In this document: positions 9,591-17,261 of the stretch, one piece after another
How the letters are laid out: the number at the start of each line of letters is the position of its first letter
How positions within the stretch are numbered: position 1 is the stretch's first letter
From: Candidatus Bathyarchaeia archaeon
GTDB taxonomy: Archaea > Thermoproteota > Bathyarchaeia > Bathyarchaeales > Bathycorpusculaceae
Assembly (NCBI GenBank): GCA_038882955.1
Contig: JAVZNC010000003.1
Coordinates: 127,571-191,570 of the forward strand
Length of the DNA stretch: 64,000 bases
Reading direction: 5' to 3'
The notes under the pieces: model-generated
What the model saw: only the letters and a program-made list of their open reading frames with translations
Databases searched by the model: none
What the model was told of the DNA's origin: nothing
Program-made: the position numbers and the translations under genes

Positions 9591-10949
9591 TTGACACAAC
9601 AGAACCTAGCCAAAACGATTCTTGAGGATTTCTTAAAAAATTCACGGTTATGCCTAGAAGTTTTGGTGAAGGAACTCGCACAATTTGAGGGAAACGAGAA
9701 AAGGGTATTCGCCTTCTTCCATTTTAAAAATGGCAAAAAACACGAGGTTAAGCTTAGCGGCAAACACTTCTTTTTGCGGAGTTCGGTTGAATATTCAAAT
9801 CCACAGTTAACAGTTGAAGAAGTTCAAGGAATAATTGCCGCCCGATTACTCGAAGTTTGCGGAAACTACTTCCACCAGCACGGTTTAGGCGAAATCAAAA
9901 AAGAGGACATTAACGAAATATGCGAGAATCTGCAAAAACCGCCAGAAGGAAAAATCATCGCGTTCCTACTCAACACAGACGACACAGAACCAGACAGATA
10001 TTCAATGAATCCGCTGAAAGCGTCAATCGTGACAAGCGGACAAAGCGCTTTCCCATCAGCCTACGTCAAAACTGAGCAGTTAAAAATAGATGAAAACTTC
10101 GCCAGAAAGTATGACGGCACACTCATATCGCAAGGCGAAATTGAACTAATAAGGCACCACTTGGAAACTTGCAACAACAGTTACGTGGACATGGCAGATG
10201 CAGTAAAATACGAACAGATTGAGAAGCTTTCAGAAATCTTCGGAATGAACCTATGCTTATATGCTATACGCATGCCAATCGAAACCCTGCAAAAGGAAGA
10301 CGCTCAAGGCTTGCTGCACCACATAATAAAAGAAACGCACAGAGACTATCACGCAATTGAAGGCGCATACCAATGCATGGGCAGAAGCATGAAAAAACGC
10401 ACAACACTCTTGACCGTTCCGCACTCTGTTAAGGGTTATGGCTCAAAACGCGCGGCAAGGGGCAGAATATACTTCGAAAATGAGAAACTCAAAAGCGTGA
10501 AAGTGACGTACAAGACCACGATGCTTTATCCAAACGCCATAGACCCAAACGACGTAAGCATAGCAGAAGCCGAAGACGAGTTCACAGTTGAAGGAGAAGC
10601 CCTAACAAACTATGATTTCAAGAAAACTCCATCATCACCACAGTTCTTCCTTTACGCGCTTGCTTCGCCAGAAAATGCTGCATTGTGGCATGGTATAGGC
10701 GTCTTCGGAGCAAAAGAACTGCTGAAAAGCTACGCCTCAATACGCAAAGCGTGCGCAAACAACAACGCTTTAATAAGGAATCTAGGCGCCTATGGCGTAT
10801 CCACAAAAGTTCCAGTACAATTTAACCTCGCACCCCAGCACATGTGGGTTCACCCAAAACACCGCAACATAGACGCAAGCATAGGCTGCGTCCAAAACAT
10901 TGAAGAACTAGTGAATATGGGCATGCATATCGAACACATTCCACCATAA
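9591..10949 (+). CDS. Hypothetical protein (452 aa)
   Basis: Long ORF closely spaced between two real genes; no family recognised. Confidence 0.75.
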   Translation: MTQQNLAKTILEDFLKNSRLCLEVLVKELAQFEGNEKRVFAFFHFKNGKKHEVKLSGKHFFLRSSVEYSNPQLTVEEVQGIIAARLLEVCGNYFHQHGLGEIKKEDINEICENLQKPPEGKIIAFLLNTDDTEPDRYSMNPLKASIVTSGQSAFPSAYVKTEQLKIDENFARKYDGTLISQGEIELIRHHLETCNNSYVDMADAVKYEQIEKLSEIFGMNLCLYAIRMPIETLQKEDAQGLLHHIIKETHRDYHAIEGAYQCMGRSMKKRTTLLTVPHSVKGYGSKRAARGRIYFENEKLKSVKVTYKTTMLYPNAIDPNDVSIAEAEDEFTVEGEALTNYDFKKTPSSPQFFLYALASPENAALWHGIGVFGAKELLKSYASIRKACANNNALIRNLGAYGVSTKVPVQFNLAPQHMWVHPKHRNIDASIGCVQNIEELVNMGMHIEHIPP

Positions 10950-10963
10950 AAGAGGCGCATAAA

Positions 10964-11575
10964 ATGTTCTTTAGACAAATAAAACATCGCGGCGACAACT
11001 TCTCCTACATCATAGCAGACGAAACAACACGAGAAGCCGCCGTAATCGACCCAAGCTTCAACACAGAAGCCATAACACAGCTCTTGAAAACACACAGCTT
11101 CCAACTAAAATACATTATAAACACCCATGGACACGCTGATCACACGGCGGGCAACCAAAAACTACAAGAGAGGTTTAACGCAAAAATCGTAGCTCACAAA
11201 AAATCAAAAATCAACAAACACATAAGCATAGAAGGCGGAGACACCATAAAATTTGGAAAAGTAACAATAAAGGTTATCTACACGCCGGGACACACGCCAG
11301 ACAGTATATGCCTCCTAGTAAATGGTAAACTGCTCACAGGCGACACGCTTTTTGTCGGAGAATGCGGCAGAACAGACTTACCAGGCGGAAGTGCAGAAGA
11401 CATGTACAACAGCCTCTTCAACAAAATTTTGAAATTAAACGACGAAATAGAAGTTTATCCCGGACACGACTATGGAGAACAACCATACTCAACGATAGGC
11501 AAAGAAAGAAAAACAAATTACACGCTTGAAAAGCGCACACTCGAAGAATTCATAGAATTCATGAAACAACCATGA
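10964..11575 (+). CDS. MBL-fold metallo-hydrolase (glyoxalase II-like)
   Basis: THGHADH, TPGHT, TGDTLF, PGHDY. Confidence 0.9.
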   Translation: MFFRQIKHRGDNFSYIIADETTREAAVIDPSFNTEAITQLLKTHSFQLKYIINTHGHADHTAGNQKLQERFNAKIVAHKKSKINKHISIEGGDTIKFGKVTIKVIYTPGHTPDSICLLVNGKLLTGDTLFVGECGRTDLPGGSAEDMYNSLFNKILKLNDEIEVYPGHDYGEQPYSTIGKERKTNYTLEKRTLEEFIEFMKQP

Positions 11576-11623
11576 AGACATTCAATAAAGATCGTTGTTT
11601 TCCCATAAACCTTCTAAAACTTA

Positions 11624-11648
11624 TGGTGGGGCCGGCCGGATTTGAACC
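11624..11648. repeat. att-like direct repeat (copy of the tRNA-Trp 3' end)
   Basis: TGGTGGGGCCGGCCGGATTTGAACC, identical to 14893-14917. Confidence 0.92.
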
Positions 11649-11939
11649 CACGCCTTCTCTTAGATAAGACATCTAATGGTTTCTTATCATCTTCCTTTTT
11701 TCTTATTTTCTTTAGTTTTGCCATTTTCTTTATCCTCTCCTTTTACGTTTATTATTTTGTTATTTGGGGTTTTTAAATGGCAGTAAAGAACTTTCTGTAG
11801 TGGTTTCTTCCTTTTCTAACAGACTATGTATGAAAAGCGGGAGGTAAAAGCATTCCAGAAGGCGGTTATATTTTTATTTAAGGCTTTGCTATTTGTCGCG
11901 TAATACTTATTTAGGCTTGCGCCTTCAAATCAATGTGAA

Positions 11940-13253
11940 ATGACCCAAATGAATATTACAACTTCCTTTCTAAAAGATTCTATGATAAAAGGGCAGATTT
12001 TTACTTGCACAAATAAGTCAGAGAATGAATGCTTTGAGCGTATGCTTTTTGGAACAAACAAACTTTATGCGCCTGCTGTAATGAGAGTAAGAAAAGGAGA
12101 CCTTTTATTCCTTCTTAATCTGGACACCGATATACTTTATGGCGTATTTAGAGCCACTTCTGATGCAAGTATTGATATCGATCCTGAAGCATGGGGAGGA
12201 AAGTATCCTTATCAAGTTAAAGTGGAACTTGTCGGGAAGATACTAATACCTTTAAAAAATGCTAAAAAACTGTTGAAAATACTGAAAATAAAACGCTCTT
12301 GCCCGATAAACAAGAAGGTAACTATTAAACTCTTTGAACTCTTTCGACCGAGAGATTTGCAAATAGCTGAATGGTATAAACTCTTAAATTCAAATGACAT
12401 GGCTAACTTAGAAGAAATACAAAAAGAAGAGCCGAAGTCTTGGGAATTATTCGCTGATTTCAGTGATTTAAAAAGGACTGATTTAGAGCCAGAAGAGGAA
12501 CTGCCAAATTTAGAAGCCACCACTCTATGGGATTTTCCAAAACAAAGTTACGGCAAGACGCCTAAAGGTGATAACAAGTATCCCGGAGTTACTCCTGCAG
12601 GAGTTATATGGAATCTTGTCTGGAGATACACTGAACCTGGGGATTTAGTTGTTGATCCAATGGCAGGTAGTGGAACAACTCTTGATGTATGTAGAGAAGA
12701 AGGACGCAGGTGTATCTGTTATGACATCGCCCCTCAGAGGGCAGATATTATTCAAAATGATTCAAGAGAAATACCTTTGCCAGATGATTACGTGGATTTA
12801 GTTTTTGTTGACTCTCCGTATGGAGATAACATAAGATACAATGATAACCCCAATTGTATAGGAAAAATTTCAAGCGAAACTGAAGAATTTTATGAAGAAC
12901 TCGAAAAAGTGATTAAGGAATGCTATCGAATACTAAAACCTGGAAAAGTTCTCGGTTGGCTCATTGGGGATCAGTGGGTAAAAGGAAAGTTTACTCCTGT
13001 AGGATTTAAAGTGTATCAGACATTAACTAAATATTTTGAAACTCTTGACATAATATGCGTGGTTCGAAGAGGCCAAGCATCTCATACAGGCTTATGGTTC
13101 AACCGTGCCAGAAGGTTTAATTTTTTCTTACGTGGCTTTAAGTATTTATTTATAATGAAAAAACCATCGCTTGCACATGCTGATGCTGACAAACCGCGAA
13201 AAATTAAATGGGCATATTATGAAAGAAATACAGTTGGTAAAAATGAAATTTAA
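11940..13253 (+). CDS. DNA amino-methyltransferase (N4-C/N6-A) with N-terminal DCD-like domain
   Basis: DPMAGSGTT (motif I) then FVDSPY (motif IV). N-terminus GQIFTCTNKSENECFERMLFG...LFLLN...LYGVFRA...IDPEAWGGKYPYQV fits the DCD pattern. Confidence 0.82.
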   Translation: MTQMNITTSFLKDSMIKGQIFTCTNKSENECFERMLFGTNKLYAPAVMRVRKGDLLFLLNLDTDILYGVFRATSDASIDIDPEAWGGKYPYQVKVELVGKILIPLKNAKKLLKILKIKRSCPINKKVTIKLFELFRPRDLQIAEWYKLLNSNDMANLEEIQKEEPKSWELFADFSDLKRTDLEPEEELPNLEATTLWDFPKQSYGKTPKGDNKYPGVTPAGVIWNLVWRYTEPGDLVVDPMAGSGTTLDVCREEGRRCICYDIAPQRADIIQNDSREIPLPDDYVDLVFVDSPYGDNIRYNDNPNCIGKISSETEEFYEELEKVIKECYRILKPGKVLGWLIGDQWVKGKFTPVGFKVYQTLTKYFETLDIICVVRRGQASHTGLWFNRARRFNFFLRGFKYLFIMKKPSLAHADADKPRKIKWAYYERNTVGKNEI

Positions 13254-13938
13254 AGATCTCGTTGGGTTATATGAAGAAAAAAGGCGAATTTACGGAGATG
13301 CTACTTATCGGCATATATCTGAGATTTTTGAGGAGGCTAAAAAACTACACTACAATGATTGGTTAAAGCATCCAACTTCAAAGAAAGATCATGAACAATC
13401 GTGGAGGGCTTTTAAAGGGAAAAATTTCGAGAAGTTGATCTTATACATGATTGAGAAAGAAGTCCAAAGTTTGGGATTAAAAACAGTCAAGGGAGATACG
13501 CTTGATAGAACAAGAACCGAAAATCTTAGTCTCGAGTTAAATAAAGTAAAAAGAAACCTGCTTATTGATTACGGTCAGTTTGGTTGTCATCTTCCTGATG
13601 CGGATATTGTAATTTACGAACCTAAAACTTGCAGAGTTATTGCTATAATTTCAAGTAAAATCACTTTGCGCGAAAGAATTGCTCAGACGGGTTATTGGAA
13701 GATTAAACTTTCCAAGGATGAGGTAACTAAACATGTAAAAGTGTTTTTTGTAACCACCGACGAAGACGGTGATCTCGTGCGAAGGGCACCAGCTACGAAA
13801 GGGAGAGCCATAGTAGAAATTGATACAGACGGCGGCTATGTTATGAGTAAAACTCAAGTTGAAGAAGATGATAAAGTGAAAATGTTTGATAAGTTTATTG
13901 AAGACTTGAAAAGATGTAGGAATCAAATGTTAGCATAA
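13171..13938 (+). CDS. Type II restriction endonuclease, CCGG family (BsaWI-like)
   Basis: GKNFE, LPDADIV and SSKITLRER (KxxxRER motif of Cfr10I/NgoMIV/Ecl18kI/BsaWI-type enzymes). True start probably ATG 13219 or 13243, overlapping the MTase stop. Confidence 0.78.
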   Translation: MHMLMLTNREKLNGHIMKEIQLVKMKFKDLVGLYEEKRRIYGDATYRHISEIFEEAKKLHYNDWLKHPTSKKDHEQSWRAFKGKNFEKLILYMIEKEVQSLGLKTVKGDTLDRTRTENLSLELNKVKRNLLIDYGQFGCHLPDADIVIYEPKTCRVIAIISSKITLRERIAQTGYWKIKLSKDEVTKHVKVFFVTTDEDGDLVRRAPATKGRAIVEIDTDGGYVMSKTQVEEDDKVKMFDKFIEDLKRCRNQMLA

Positions 13939-13959
13939 ATCGGTAACTGCTTTTAAGAT

Positions 13960-14694
13960 TTAAGAGATTCCTTTTAATAAATCACATTCCTTAATTTTGG
14001 CTTTGTTGAACCACACAGCAAGAGACCATTTAGCCATGCATACATCTTTAAAGTTTTTCGATTTCAAGTAAGTTGTTATTTTCTCTGATTTTTTAAGCAC
14101 TTCTCTAAAAAAATCTTCTCGAACTCTGCACCTATTTACTTCATCTTTATTTAACCTAAGAACGCTTGCAACATGGGTATCAAGGATGAGGAGATTATTG
14201 TCCATACCGACAAAAATTTTCATAGCTGCTAAATTTTTGAACGTAACTCTTATTCCTTTGTGAAGCCTTAATTTTTTGAAAATAACAAAAATAGATTGAT
14301 TTTGTAAAATATGTCCAAAATTTTCCCATGTGTTATATTCTTTATAAATAACTTCGCAAAGATTCTTCAACTGAATTGAAATTTCATTTCGAAACATTAA
14401 AGGCTCTAAAATTTTAGAAATTTTTTCTGCGGGCATAGACAAAATAACGTTTAAATCAAATAAACGAGTATATTTTGCTAATTTAAAAATCTTAGGTTCA
14501 ACCTGAACCCATTTTTGAGGTATAGAATAGAACCAGGAATAAACCACTGCAAATCCTGGGCTAAAATACTCTTTTAGTTTTCGCGCTTTTTTCAAATAAT
14601 TTTCTGCATCTTTGCCGTTTGAATGGTAGATTTCTTCAATTTCCTTGAGTACACTTTGAATTTTTTCCTTTGGTATCTTTGACATTTCAGGCAT
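13960..14694 (-). CDS. HhH-GPD superfamily DNA glycosylase-like protein
   Basis: LRLHKGIRVTFKNLA (HhH-like) followed by LLILDTHV (as in the EndoIII VDTHV motif); predominantly helical character. Confidence 0.5.
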   Translation of the reverse strand: MPEMSKIPKEKIQSVLKEIEEIYHSNGKDAENYLKKARKLKEYFSPGFAVVYSWFYSIPQKWVQVEPKIFKLAKYTRLFDLNVILSMPAEKISKILEPLMFRNEISIQLKNLCEVIYKEYNTWENFGHILQNQSIFVIFKKLRLHKGIRVTFKNLAAMKIFVGMDNNLLILDTHVASVLRLNKDEVNRCRVREDFFREVLKKSEKITTYLKSKNFKDVCMAKWSLAVWFNKAKIKECDLLKGIS

Positions 14695-14892
14695 TCTACT
14701 GAAAATGTATTAGCTATCCTTTTTTGAATTTTATTCTTTTCTCGGCTCCAAAAGAGTGGTGCAACGAGTTTTTCCAGTATAAGATTCAATTGGCAACGAA
14801 ATAACTTTATCAAAACCAAACGCTTAGTCCGCTTAAGCCACAAAACAAAGTTAACCGTTTCCCCAGCAGCTAAAGGGGGCTGGTTTATGCCG

Positions 14893-15063
14893 TGGTGGGG
14901 CCGGCCGGATTTGAACCGGCGACCTTTCCCCGAAACAGCGCTTGGCTGTTTCTACGGGTTTCTCTTTGACCGCTCCAGAACTTCTTCATTCCGCTCGGGC
15001 GGTCCGTAAACCCGTCTATGTGGTTCTGGAGCCCGTCGTCATGCCTTCCTAGACTACGGCCCC
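14893..15063 (-). tRNA. tRNA-Trp(CCA) with two introns (37/38 at 14960-15025; about 43/44 at 14926-14953)
   Basis: Removing 66 and 28 nt gives a canonical 77-nt cloverleaf GGGGCCG...ACGGG CT CCA GA CCCGT AGGTC GCCGG TTCAAAT CCGGC CGGCCCC A CCA. Confidence 0.9.
14960..15025 (-). ncRNA. Putative intron-encoded box C/D guide RNA
   Basis: Contains ACGGGTTT (antisense to AAACCCGT at the 3' exon junction), CCGA, ATGAAGA (C'-like) and GTTCTGGAGC (antisense to GCTCCAGAAC across the anticodon). Confidence 0.6.
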
Positions 15064-15090
15064 TGCTCTTTCCGAAGAAATATTTGGGGG

Positions 15091-16308
15091 ATGGGATATA
15101 TGCGTTATTCCCTTTTTGCTGGAATAACGTTTAATTATTCTTGTTGTGTTTTTGTTAAAGTATTTATTGATAGTTTATGTAAATATGTTGACAGATGTGA
15201 TTTAGGGTTGACAGAAAGGAAAGGCAGCGGCGCTGGTTCAGGCGGAAGATTTGTTCTTTATAGGGATTTAGATGGAACCGCCTACGAAGTTGATTTGCCT
15301 CTGACTTCGCATGTTGACGCTGGGGAACTTCGGGAAAGTTTGGGTTTGCCTTCATACATAGATTTGAATTATTTTCCGATGAAGAGCGCCATGGTTGTGC
15401 TTTGGGCTTCTGTGAACGCGCCTAGGCTTCATGAGTTGTACCCGAAAGTTTTTGAGAAGACTGTTAGCAAAAATCCTATTCCGGCGTTGCTTTTTGGCGG
15501 CGCAGCCGTGAAGATTCATTGTCCAAGTGCGAATTGCGGCGGATGCTTAGAAAGGCCGATTAAGGATACGGATTTTATAGTTCCGAAGAAGCAGGGAGTA
15601 GATTTTTACAAGCTTTTGTTGAGGATGGATGGGGCTTTTGGGACGCAGTACAAGTCTTTCGCCACGGCGAATGATAGGCGGTTTAATGCTTGGAGGCACG
15701 GCGAAAGGTATAGGTTAACCACGATTAATGGGATAACAAGCGAAGGGCTTCCAACGATAACTGTTTTGGACATTTTCTGCGATGCCATAGATTTGAGGCA
15801 TAAGGTTGACGTTAGAGAAGCATTTGCGAGTTATAGGGAGAACCTATACACAATAGGTTTGGAGAACCTAATAATTTCAAAGGCGCAGTTCATACTTGAC
15901 ATGCCAAAGGAATGCACGGAAGAACTGAAGAAGTGCGGATGCGACTACAGGATTCTCTCTTACTCATATTATGCAGAGGACAAAATTGTCGTGGGAATGG
16001 AGGAAAAAGACATTAAGGACGTGTGTGCAATTTTTTTGGACCATGAAGTTGGTGTTGGAACCGAAGACATAAACGCGCAGAAGATGAAAAAAGCGTTGGA
16101 GAAGGATAAGAAACTCGCGTTGACAGTGACTCTGAACCTCAAGAACATTGTTGAAAAGGCTGATGCGCTCAAAAAGTGGATGTCGAAGGGCGAAATTTCG
16201 AAGGTAACGGAAAGGATAGAGTGTCTCCTCAAAGAGTTGCCAGTTGTTGACAAGAAGTGGGATAAGCCTTGGTGGAACACCGCCGTTGAAACGCCAACAA
16301 TCGAGTGA
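15091..16308 (+). CDS. Nucleotidyltransferase-fold protein (paralog A)
   Basis: LFGGAAVKIHC, KDTDF (DxD), LDIFCD, SKAQ, EKDIKD. True start probably TTG near 15208. Confidence 0.7.
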   Translation: MGYMRYSLFAGITFNYSCCVFVKVFIDSLCKYVDRCDLGLTERKGSGAGSGGRFVLYRDLDGTAYEVDLPLTSHVDAGELRESLGLPSYIDLNYFPMKSAMVVLWASVNAPRLHELYPKVFEKTVSKNPIPALLFGGAAVKIHCPSANCGGCLERPIKDTDFIVPKKQGVDFYKLLLRMDGAFGTQYKSFATANDRRFNAWRHGERYRLTTINGITSEGLPTITVLDIFCDAIDLRHKVDVREAFASYRENLYTIGLENLIISKAQFILDMPKECTEELKKCGCDYRILSYSYYAEDKIVVGMEEKDIKDVCAIFLDHEVGVGTEDINAQKMKKALEKDKKLALTVTLNLKNIVEKADALKKWMSKGEISKVTERIECLLKELPVVDKKWDKPWWNTAVETPTIE

Positions 16309-16309
16309 A

Positions 16310-17203
16310 CTACTTTGCTCTTTTTATCAGCCTCTTAATCATCGCGTAGGTTTCTTTTCTTGAAAGTCCAGTTCTTGAAAGTGGCAAGTCGAATGTTCCA
16401 TCTTTTGAATAAAGCCTCAAACATGTTTCGCGTTTAGGCGTAACGTATATGGTTACATCTGAAAAGTCCGTCCATTTCGCTTCTTTAGCGCTTTTGCCTT
16501 CCCAGAGTTTGAAGCCCATGCTGTCCATAATAAGCGTCATATGGTAACGTGTCTTGTAGAGGCGGTAACCAACAACAAGTGAAACCATAATTGCAATTAG
16601 GAATGAGAGGGGATGCATGGCTTGAGGAAAACCGGAGATTGACAAAAAAATTTGGAAAAGCACTATAAACAGTAAAGTTACCGTGAAACTTTTTAAATAG
16701 TTTGGAAGGTCGAAAGCCTCTAACTTTGCCTCTGTCAATTTCAACTGTTTTGCTAAACCTTTTCCAAGAACATTTTCAGAAGTCACTGTTTCCTTTGATT
16801 TTAGACTATAGGCGGCGATGCCAACATTTTTGTCAGCAGTATTCACTATGGCTTCCTTCGTCTCCTTCTGGAATGATTGGGTTTGAACAAGCCCTAGAAA
16901 GATCCAGTCTTCAGCGCCAAACTTGCTTTTACAAGCCAAAACTAGTTTCCTAACAAGTTTAGGGTCAAAGTTCTGCTGCGTATAAAGCAACAAGTGAATC
17001 TTGTATCTTGGCGTAACTAACGCGGAGAAAATCTTTGAAAGAAAAAAACCCTTTTCTTGCAAGCTTCCGAAAGCATATAGAGGAAAAACAACGTCACCCA
17101 CTTGGTAGTCTTCGTGGATTTCGCTGAAATTGGCTAGCCACCGTAGGTTTCCACGCACGAGTTGCTCTTCAACGATATCTGTTACAAATTCAAGTTCAGA
17201 CAA
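16310..17203 (-). CDS. Hypothetical membrane protein (soluble domain, 2 TM, PH-like C-terminus)
   Basis: Two hydrophobic helices followed by GFKLW...KWTDFSDV, resembling bacterial PH-like domains. Confidence 0.65.
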   Translation of the reverse strand: MSELEFVTDIVEEQLVRGNLRWLANFSEIHEDYQVGDVVFPLYAFGSLQEKGFFLSKIFSALVTPRYKIHLLLYTQQNFDPKLVRKLVLACKSKFGAEDWIFLGLVQTQSFQKETKEAIVNTADKNVGIAAYSLKSKETVTSENVLGKGLAKQLKLTEAKLEAFDLPNYLKSFTVTLLFIVLFQIFLSISGFPQAMHPLSFLIAIMVSLVVGYRLYKTRYHMTLIMDSMGFKLWEGKSAKEAKWTDFSDVTIYVTPKRETCLRLYSKDGTFDLPLSRTGLSRKETYAMIKRLIKRAK

Positions 17204-17261
17204 ACATTAAACACCATGTTTTTGACAGTTTTAGATGAATAAAAAGGATGGGGTATTTAGG

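Larger units (their letters stand above)
11624..14917. mobile_element. tRNA-Trp-integrated restriction-modification islet without integrase
   Basis: 25-bp direct repeats at both ends, one being the tRNA 3' end; interior visibly AT-richer than the flanks; defence-type cargo. Confidence 0.85.

Noticed and set aside
11624-11654. Additional tRNA gene or split-tRNA half
   Set aside because: Only the acceptor 3' strand and part of the T-arm are present, and the flank is unstructured and T-rich. Best read as an att copy.
13171-13253. Programmed frameshift fusing the MTase and REase
   Set aside because: In-frame ATGs at 13219 and 13243 explain the overlap as translational coupling; no convincing slippery site with downstream structure.
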